From a virus, in the IMG/VR virus record IMGVR_UViG_3300045988_042432: a stretch of DNA of 64,000 bases; one strand, written 5' to 3'. Below are positions 48,867 through 54,772 of this stretch, piece by piece. The notes beneath the pieces are model-generated. The model was not told where the DNA came from, did no database searches, and saw nothing but the letters and a program-made list of their open reading frames with translations. Numbering within the stretch: position 1 is the stretch's first letter; each line of letters begins with the position of its first letter. A program made the position numbers and the translations under genes.

Positions 48867-48938
48867 GCCCCATTACTTCAGTGGTAGAAGAGCAAATTCT
48901 AAACTTGTATGGCGTTGGTTCGAGTCCAACATGGGGCA
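48867..48938 (+). tRNA. suppressor tRNA, anticodon CTA (reads TAG)
   Basis: Clean cloverleaf: GCCCCAT-TA-CTTC-AGTGGTA-GAAG-A-GCAAA-TTCTAAA-CTTGT-ATGGC-GTTGG-TTCGAGT-CCAAC-ATGGGGC-A. Confidence 0.8.
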
Positions 48939-48940
48939 CT

Positions 48941-49019
48941 TGCGGAAGAATGAAACGGATATATAAATCATACTAGTCTCATAAGCTAGTTATATTGGGT
49001 TCGACTCCCATTTCCGCAA
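48941..49019 (+). tRNA. tRNA with CAT anticodon (Met or Ile2), enlarged D loop, U1:A72
   Basis: Acceptor TGCGGAA/TTCCGCA, anticodon arm CTAGT-CTCATAA-GCTAG. Confidence 0.6.
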
Positions 49020-49055
49020 CTACAGTCATTGTACATTTGCATTTTCAGAATGCTA

Positions 49056-49113
49056 AGAAGACAAACAGCAATTTCCTGTATGTTGGCATAAGTAAATGAA
49101 TCTATTGTCTTCT
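49056..49113 (+). repeat. H-hairpin copy 1 (tRNA leader hairpin)
   Basis: Stem AGAAGACAA/TTGTCTTCT, ACAGCAA after the 5' arm; 6 nt before tRNA-Ile. Confidence 0.7.
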
Positions 49114-49119
49114 GATGAT

Positions 49120-49192
49120 GGGTGTATAACTCAGGTGGTAGAGTAACACGCTGATAACGTGTAAGTCCTTGGTTCAAGTCCAAGTACACCCA
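49120..49192 (+). tRNA. tRNA-Ile (GAT)
   Basis: Acceptor GGGTGTA/TACACCC, anticodon arm ACACG-CTGATAA-CGTGT. Confidence 0.85.
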
Positions 49193-49222
49193 CAATACAA
49201 CAATTTTCAATAGCTTTGAATA

Positions 49223-49288
49223 AGAAGTCTTACGGCACGAAAGAAAGTGTTTCATATTTTATGATTTTAATTAAACTAAGAGACTTCT
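49223..49288 (+). repeat. H-hairpin copy 2
   Basis: Stem AGAAGTCT/AGACTTCT, TACGGCAC after the 5' arm; 6 nt before tRNA-Pro. Confidence 0.65.
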
Positions 49289-49294
49289 GTAGTC

Positions 49295-49367
49295 CGGGAT
49301 GTAGTTCAGTAGATAGAATGCGTGGTTTGGGACCACGAGGTCGCTGGTTTGAATCCAGTCATCCCGA
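49295..49367 (+). tRNA. tRNA-Pro (TGG)
   Basis: Acceptor CGGGATG/CATCCCG, anticodon arm CGTGG-TTTGGGA-CCACG. Confidence 0.85.
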
Positions 49368-49421
49368 CCCCTGTAGCATCCAAGAGAGGATGCTGATAAT
49401 CCCATAATAATAAATGTGGAC

Positions 49422-49451
49422 AACTACTCCGTTCGTGAGAATAGAGTAGTT
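49422..49451 (+). repeat. T-hairpin copy 3
   Basis: Stem AACTACTC/GAGTAGTT, loop CGTTCGTGAGAATA. Confidence 0.7.
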
Positions 49452-49591
49452 TTAATAAGAACCATAATTAACACAATAATATATAGTTTCACTAAACAAT
49501 CATCAAATCAACTCAACAATCAACCCAACAACTTTTAATTTATGATTTGATTAACCTGTTTCATAGTTAAGCCCATAAGTCGTATTGATAT

Positions 49592-49663
49592 GTGGGCTTG
49601 CCCGAGAGGTTTAGGGGCTGGTCCGCAAAACCAGTTAGGACGGTTCGATTCCGTCAGCCCACT
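49592..49663 (+). tRNA. tRNA-Cys (GCA) with C at position 33
   Basis: Acceptor GTGGGCT/AGCCCAC, anticodon arm CTGGT-CCGCAAA-ACCAG. Confidence 0.75.
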
Positions 49664-49682
49664 CTCGATTTAGTGAAACATA

Positions 49683-49740
49683 AGAAGGCGTACAGCACTA
49701 ATCATTGTACAGTTTACATGTTTTTGATAACGCGCCTTCT
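49683..49740 (+). repeat. H-hairpin copy 3
   Basis: Stem AGAAGGCG/CGCCTTCT, TACAGCAC after the 5' arm; 6 nt before tRNA-Lys. Confidence 0.7.
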
Positions 49741-49746
49741 GTGGAT

Positions 49747-49818
49747 GATTCCGGAGCATGTATGGATATGCTATAGACTTTTAATCTATAGAACAGGGTT
49801 CAAGTCCCTGCGGAATCA
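49747..49818 (+). tRNA. tRNA-Lys (TTT)
   Basis: Acceptor GATTCCG/CGGAATC, anticodon arm ATAGA-CTTTTAA-TCTAT. Confidence 0.85.
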
Positions 49819-49859
49819 CATATGTACTAAGATTGTACATGATGTCAAAGAACGAGTTT

Positions 49860-49889
49860 AACCACTCAGTCTGTGAAGATAGAGTGGTT
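49860..49889 (+). repeat. T-hairpin copy 4
   Basis: Stem AACCACTC/GAGTGGTT, loop AGTCTGTGAAGATA. Confidence 0.65.
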
Positions 49890-50142
49890 TATTTAGATTA
49901 CTTATTTATTGACTAAAACTGATGTATTATGAGACTATTTAAGTTAATTAAGAAAGCAGTTCGTTGGTATTTCAAAGTGTCAGCTGATAGCTACACGTGG
50001 TATCCAACAGGAGTAGTTCCTTACCATAGGGATTAACTCCGATGCAATCGGGATAGGTCAATTAAACATTATGGCGAGTTTATTAACAAGCGTTGACACC
50101 TTTTAACTTGCGGTTTGACTTAATTCTTAGTATCTTTGTTTT

Positions 50143-50499
50143 ATGGAAAGACAAAGAGAAATAAGAATATGTTCTAAACACGGAGAAACAGAGTTTGCTC
50201 TTGAGAAATCTGGACGCTGGCGTTGCCTAAAATGTCAAGTAGAAGCAACTCAAAAGAGACGTAACAAAGTTAAAGAGATGGCTGTAGAGTACAAAGGTGG
50301 TAAATGTTCTGTTTGTGGATATGACAGATGTGCGGATGCTTTAGAGTTTCATCATTTAGACCCTTCCAAAAAGGATTTTGGAATATCTTCTAAAGGATAT
50401 ACCAGGTCTTGGGATAAAGTAAAAGAGGAGCTTGATAAATGTATCTTGGTATGCTCTAACTGTCATAGAGAAATACATTCAGGACTTATAAAGACATAA
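50143..50499 (+). CDS. HNH homing-type endonuclease
   Basis: 118-aa ORF with CSVCGYDRCADALEFHHLDPSKKDF...LVCSNCHREIH. TAtcTTTG lies 4 nt upstream. Confidence 0.8.
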   Translation: MERQREIRICSKHGETEFALEKSGRWRCLKCQVEATQKRRNKVKEMAVEYKGGKCSVCGYDRCADALEFHHLDPSKKDFGISSKGYTRSWDKVKEELDKCILVCSNCHREIHSGLIKT

Positions 50500-50506
50500 A
50501 ATCAAT

Positions 50507-50593
50507 GTGCAGTTGGCCGAGTGGTCGAAGGCAATAGACTGTTAATCTATCGTGACGAAAGTCCCACCGCAAGTTCGAATCTTGCACTGCACG
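50507..50593 (+). tRNA. long-variable-arm (type II, Ser-like body) tRNA with GTT (Asn) anticodon
   Basis: GTGCAGT-TG-GCC-GAGTGGTCGAA-GGC-A-ATAGA-CTGTTAA-TCTAT-[18-nt variable arm]-GCAAG-TTCGAAT-CTTGC-ACTGCAC-G. Confidence 0.7.
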
Positions 50594-50718
50594 CAAACAC
50601 ATTAGATTATTAACATTAAATTATAAGATTATGCATAGTTTTGGTGCTTACATTGTGGGAGCTATAGTGCTAGTAGTATTGTATTACATCTTTAAAGATT
50701 CCACAATCTAAAATTGAT

Positions 50719-50793
50719 GCGTCCTTAGCTCAATCGGTAGAGCCCCTGTCTCCAAAACTGGGTGTGTTGCATGTTCGAGTCGTGCAGGGCGTG
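50719..50793 (+). tRNA. tRNA-Trp (CCA), slightly irregular stems
   Basis: Anticodon loop CTCCAAA, T arm GCATG-TTCGAGT-CGTGC. Confidence 0.7.
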
Positions 50794-50803
50794 CTTATTA
50801 ATT

Positions 50804-50889
50804 GGAAGTATGGCAGAGTTGGTCGATTGCACTGGTCTTGAAAACCAGAGGTCCTTCGGGGTCCGGGGGTTCGAATCCCTCTGCTTCCT
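50804..50889 (+). tRNA. tRNA-Ser (TGA)
   Basis: Anticodon arm CTGGT-CTTGAAA-ACCAG with a long variable arm. Confidence 0.85.
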
Positions 50890-50908
50890 CAACTAATTTG
50901 AATGTATT

Positions 50909-51232
50909 ATGAAGTTTAAAGTGAAATTAAGGAGAGTGTCTACGTTAAGTAGAAACCAAATTTGTAGAGTGTACGAATCTGGAATGCGAGTAATGGTGAA
51001 ACGTCCCACATTAGTTAGAGTCCTTCTTAAGGATTACAAAACTAAAGAAGATGTTAATGCTTTACTTGAGCAATTAAGCGAAGCAAGTAGAGCCGCTGAA
51101 CAGGATTTATATGCAGAGTACCCAAAGTTGCCCAGAAAGGCTAAGAAGGAACTCAAGAAGAGGCTGAATGCAGTTAATAATGCCTATTGTGTTGGTATTA
51201 CTTTATTGCTGGCTGAATCAGATGGCTTATAA
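50909..51232 (+). CDS. hypothetical protein
   Basis: 107-aa ORF. Confidence 0.6.
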   Translation: MKFKVKLRRVSTLSRNQICRVYESGMRVMVKRPTLVRVLLKDYKTKEDVNALLEQLSEASRAAEQDLYAEYPKLPRKAKKELKKRLNAVNNAYCVGITLLLAESDGL

Positions 51233-51515
51233 ATTCATACCTACTCGATATGTAGACAATAACTCCAAGTTGTTGGCAAGAATTTACTTAAATAGGCAAA
51301 ATTCTCGCCGAGTGGTATTACGAGGATACTATGATTTTGATAAAGAGAAGTTTTACATTTCATCTATATCAAAGAAGGCTAATACAAGGTCTGTGATGAA
51401 GTTCTTACTAAAGACTATAGAATGTAGTAGATTTCATTGGGAGTATTCAGGGAACTATGATGATAAGCTCTATCAAGAGTGGTTAAAGGAACATGCAGTA
51501 TTTAATAGATTGTAA
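51222..51515 (+). CDS. hypothetical protein
   Basis: Start moved to the ATG (MAYKFIPTRY...) that overlaps the upstream stop region. Confidence 0.55.
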   Translation: MAYKFIPTRYVDNNSKLLARIYLNRQNSRRVVLRGYYDFDKEKFYISSISKKANTRSVMKFLLKTIECSRFHWEYSGNYDDKLYQEWLKEHAVFNRL

Positions 51516-51524
51516 AATTATCGT

Positions 51525-51716
51525 ATGAAAGGAATTAATTTAACAGGATTGGACATGAAGAAGTTTGTTGGAACTGGCTACAACCCGTCTCAAGACATTA
51601 TTAACACTAATGGTAGAGACGATGGAAGAACTAAGAACGGAGAAACTGAAGGATTCACTAATCCAAAGAAACAAAAGGTGGAGGAACCTAAAGAAAGACC
51701 AGAAGTATATTACTAG
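51525..51716 (+). CDS. hypothetical protein
   Basis: 63-aa ORF; ends in TAG. Confidence 0.45.
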   Translation: MKGINLTGLDMKKFVGTGYNPSQDIINTNGRDDGRTKNGETEGFTNPKKQKVEEPKERPEVYY

Positions 51717-51915
51717 GATTAAACTCCACGCTGCCTACTGGTATAATCCAGATAAAACGGCAAGAGGTAGACATTGGACAGAATTATATAATTCTAAATA
51801 TACGTTTGCCTATAAAACAACCAGTACTCCTTGTAGTTGTCCTATATGTAAAGGAGAACGCTATAATAGGAGACAGTTTAAGAAAGAGACAAGAGAATTA
51901 CTTAATCTAGAATAA
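51565..51915 (+). CDS. hypothetical Cys-containing protein; true start unclear
   Basis: 116-aa ORF whose first 150 nt overlap 51525..51716 in another frame. There is no ATG after 51716. Confidence 0.4.
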   Translation: MLELATTRLKTLLTLMVETMEELRTEKLKDSLIQRNKRWRNLKKDQKYITRIKLHAAYWYNPDKTARGRHWTELYNSKYTFAYKTTSTPCSCPICKGERYNRRQFKKETRELLNLE

Positions 51916-51931
51916 CTGAATGGGTAATATA

Positions 51932-51979
51932 AGAAGGCATCAGCACTTTTACTGTGTCATGTAGTTCAATTTGCCTTCT
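51932..51979 (+). repeat. H-hairpin copy 4
   Basis: Stem AGAAGGCA/TGCCTTCT, TCAGCAC after the 5' arm; 6 nt before tRNA-Arg. Confidence 0.7.
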
Positions 51980-51985
51980 GATGAT

Positions 51986-52058
<73 letters not shown>

Positions 52059-52073
52059 CTAATAGTGGTTAAC

Positions 52074-52376
52074 ATGATTGGGTTCATAGAGTATTTAATT
52101 AGTAAAGGGTATAAACCTTATCGCAAGGTAATGTCTAAGAAGGGTTCTACATATGTAGAGGATTCTAATATAGGATTTTATTCTTCTATGTCAGAGCATA
52201 TTGACCTTCGTCTTATTAAAGGTAAGAAGGAAGTAGTGTATGGATTACATGAGAGAGGACATTCTCCTACTCTTATATATCCTAGACCTAAATGGGTTAA
52301 ATCTGATGCAGATATGGATAGACTATTTCTGAATTATTCATTTGAAGAAATTGCTGAAATGATAGGTTTAAAATAG
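52074..52376 (+). CDS. hypothetical protein
   Basis: The track ORF starts at a GTG inside the tRNA flank; first ATG at 52074. Ends in TAG. Confidence 0.55.
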   Translation: MIGFIEYLISKGYKPYRKVMSKKGSTYVEDSNIGFYSSMSEHIDLRLIKGKKEVVYGLHERGHSPTLIYPRPKWVKSDADMDRLFLNYSFEEIAEMIGLK

Positions 52377-52480
52377 TGCACAATGAGGAGGGTATGCATG
52401 TAGAGTTCTATAACATGCTATGGGTTGGAGTCGGAGACTGACAAGAACAGTTGGGGCATGACTAAGTAATTGTGCATTTT
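52377..52480 (+). ncRNA. candidate structured RNA domain
   Basis: 8-bp closing stem TGCACAAT/ATTGTGCA followed by TTTT, with an internal hairpin GCATGT/ACATGC. Confidence 0.3.
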
Positions 52481-52563
52481 ATAGGTTATCAGACCGGTAG
52501 GTAACCTTCCGTAATCAGTCGGACGTTGGGAGCTGATAGCCCTACGATAGTGTGGCTAAATAT

Positions 52564-52636
52564 GGGCTGTGTAGTGTAAATGGCTAACACATCACTCTTG
52601 CACAGTGAAGTTGGAGTTCGAGTCTCACACGGTCCA
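52564..52636 (+). tRNA. tRNA-Ala (TGC)
   Basis: Anticodon arm TCACT-CTTGCAC-AGTGA. The acceptor GGGCTGT/ACGGTCC carries G3:U70. Confidence 0.75.
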
Positions 52637-52664
52637 CAGATTGTTGAACTTAAATTGAAAGGTA

Positions 52665-53243
52665 ATGAATCGAGAAGAATTAGAAGATTTGAAAATAACC
52701 AAGATTAGTGAAGAGGAATATGAACGCCTTAAAGATTCAGACGAAGGAGAAGCTATGGAAGTGTCAATTGACTCATTAAAAGCTGAACAAGAGAAGCTAA
52801 AAGAGTCAGCATCATTACTTGATGAAGCAAAGAAGGCATTTTCAGCTTATTGGTTCTTACTGTCCCTCTTTATAGGACAGAATCTATGTTTGGGTGTTGT
52901 ATTGTGTCAAATCTATTCAGCATGGTCTAAAGGAGAACCCCTCGGATTTATGGTACTATGTGCCATATCAATAATAGTGGCTGCTTCATATTCATGGAAT
53001 GCAATAAGACCATATCGAGAACGATATAAGAACTATAAACAAGTTCGCACTGCTTATAGTCGTCTGGTTGAAGCTAATAGAGCTGTGTTGGAATTACTGG
53101 AATATGTAGAATCTAAGCCCAAAGAAGAAAGAGCTGAAGAAGCCGAAGAGTTAGCAGAGCCAGTAGTTATGGCTGTAGCTGAACTATTCTTTGCTAGAAT
53201 GGCATATACTAGGGCACTAAAAGAAGGATTAGAGTTGCAATAA
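52665..53243 (+). CDS. membrane protein with acidic termini
   Basis: 192-aa ORF with two central hydrophobic helices. Confidence 0.6.
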   Translation: MNREELEDLKITKISEEEYERLKDSDEGEAMEVSIDSLKAEQEKLKESASLLDEAKKAFSAYWFLLSLFIGQNLCLGVVLCQIYSAWSKGEPLGFMVLCAISIIVAASYSWNAIRPYRERYKNYKQVRTAYSRLVEANRAVLELLEYVESKPKEERAEEAEELAEPVVMAVAELFFARMAYTRALKEGLELQ

Positions 53244-53251
53244 CTCAATAT

Positions 53252-53325
53252 GGTGGCATTAGCTCAATTGGCAGAGCATTAGGTTGTGGTTCTAAGGGTT
53301 ACGAGTTCAAGTCTCGTATGTCACC
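53252..53325 (+). tRNA. tRNA-His (GTG) with G-1:C73
   Basis: G-GTGGCAT...ATGTCAC-C, anticodon arm TTAGG-TTGTGGT-TCTAA. Confidence 0.85.
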
Positions 53326-53624
53326 CAATTCTGCTGTTTAAGTATAAACGTATCATAAATCTTCCTGTTTGGTTTGACTTATTCAGCAGAGTTATATTTT
53401 ATCTTGAAACGGAATGCCGAGGATGTGGTTAGGTGAAAATCCTAAAGTGGAATGTAGGGTACGTTGCGTGACGAAGTAATGGGAGTAGGTGCGATGGCAG
53501 ATTAATTAATGTTGAGGCCTCGTTAATATATGTATAGCTGTACAGCACCGAAGGATTTAGACTGTCCAAAGCAACTGGCGTAATAAAGCATAAAATCCAG
53601 TGAAGACGTATGTGTAGGCAGTAT

Positions 53625-53696
53625 GGGGCGGTAGCTCAATGGTAGAGCGCAGGTCTGAAGAACCTGGCGTTGGGGGTTCGATTCCCTTCTGCCCCA
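53625..53696 (+). tRNA. tRNA-Phe (GAA)
   Basis: Acceptor GGGGCGG/CTGCCCC, anticodon arm CAGGT-CTGAAGA-ACCTG. Confidence 0.85.
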
Positions 53697-53701
53697 CCTA
53701 T

Positions 53702-54172
53702 ATGGGAACTTTAATAAGTAAATTTAGTGATGAAGAGTTTAGTAATATAGTTAAGGAATCTGAAACAGTTTCCGAAATAGCTTCTAAGCTCGGCTATAAG
53801 TCAAAGGGAGGTGGAGTTACTAGACTGATTAAAGATAAGATAGAAGAGCTGGGTATAGACATATCTCATTTTAATAGATATGCTAAAAATCATTCGCCTG
53901 AAAGGTATAAGTCCTTAGAAGATATTCTAGTAGAAGATTCTACTTATACCAACAACACTTCTTTAAAGAAGAGGCTATTGGAATCTAATTTACTAGAATA
54001 TAAGTGTAGTATATGTGGTATTAATGAGTGGCAAGGAAAGCCGTTATCATTACAACTGGACCATATTAATGGGAATAACAAGGATAATAGAATAGAAAAT
54101 CTTAGATTGCTATGTCCTAATTGCCATTCCCAAACTGATACGTTTTCAGGTAAAAACGCATCACATTATTAA
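53702..54172 (+). CDS. HNH homing-type endonuclease
   Basis: The track ORF begins inside the tRNA. The ATG at 53702 gives MGTLISKF...CSICGINEWQGKPLSLQLDHINGNNKDNRIENLRLLCPNCHSQ. Confidence 0.8.
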   Translation: MGTLISKFSDEEFSNIVKESETVSEIASKLGYKSKGGGVTRLIKDKIEELGIDISHFNRYAKNHSPERYKSLEDILVEDSTYTNNTSLKKRLLESNLLEYKCSICGINEWQGKPLSLQLDHINGNNKDNRIENLRLLCPNCHSQTDTFSGKNASHY

Positions 54173-54208
54173 AATCCAGAGATAATGGTTCGACTCCATT
54201 TCGCCCCA
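54171..54208 (+). pseudogene. orphan 3' half of a second tRNA-Phe-like gene
   Basis: AAAATCCAG-AGAT-AATGG-TTCGACT-CCATT-TCGCCCC-A. The 3' acceptor strand is complementary to GGGGCGG of the intact tRNA-Phe. Confidence 0.6.
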
Positions 54209-54237
54209 CTTTAATAGATTAAATAATTATTAGTAAG

Positions 54238-54759
54238 ATGGACAATAACTTGTATTATATCTTAGGAGGCATCGCCTATGGTATATTTATCCTACAATTC
54301 ATAATATCATGGGTTGCTGGGGAGTTCGATGTCGATGTAGACTTTGATGGTGATGCTGATTTTGATGTCAGTGATGTTGTATCCTTTAAAGGATTTATCC
54401 ATTTCTTCATGGGATTCGGAGGATGGACATCTATTAAGCAATTATTAGGTTATGAAGTAACCTGGATTGATTGGTTAATAGGATTCTTTATAGGTCTTGT
54501 GTTTGTATTTATGCTGTATCATTTATATAAGTTCTGTATGAAATTGCAGAACCTTCCTAAAGACGAACCGAAGACTAACTTAGTTGGCAGAACTGCTACT
54601 ATCTATGTACATTTAGGTGAAGGGCGCCATTTGGCATCCGTGAACATAAGTGGAGCATTGAGAGAAGTAGAAGTTGTATCTCTTAATAAGAAGATATATC
54701 CTGTCAATGAGCCAGTAACGATTCGTAAATACGAAGACAATAAATTATACATAGATTAA
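54238..54759 (+). CDS. NfeD-like membrane protein
   Basis: 173-aa ORF with N-terminal TM helices and a C-terminal soluble beta-rich domain, directly upstream of an SPFH gene. Confidence 0.55.
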   Translation: MDNNLYYILGGIAYGIFILQFIISWVAGEFDVDVDFDGDADFDVSDVVSFKGFIHFFMGFGGWTSIKQLLGYEVTWIDWLIGFFIGLVFVFMLYHLYKFCMKLQNLPKDEPKTNLVGRTATIYVHLGEGRHLASVNISGALREVEVVSLNKKIYPVNEPVTIRKYEDNKLYID

Positions 54760-54772
54760 TACCAATTTCAAG

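Noticed and set aside
49108-49119. CTGATGA strings after H-hairpins (also at 51977) as possible additional hammerheads
   Set aside because: There is no matching GAAA, helix II/III arrangement or cleavage triplet. The other H-hairpin copies have CTGTGGA at this position instead.
46577-49861. Track ORFs 46577..46759, 46626..46862, 47169..47393, 48986..49255, 49216..49407 and 49592..49861
   Set aside because: Each is laid over one or more tRNA genes or their leader hairpins, which makes them frame artefacts of structured RNA.
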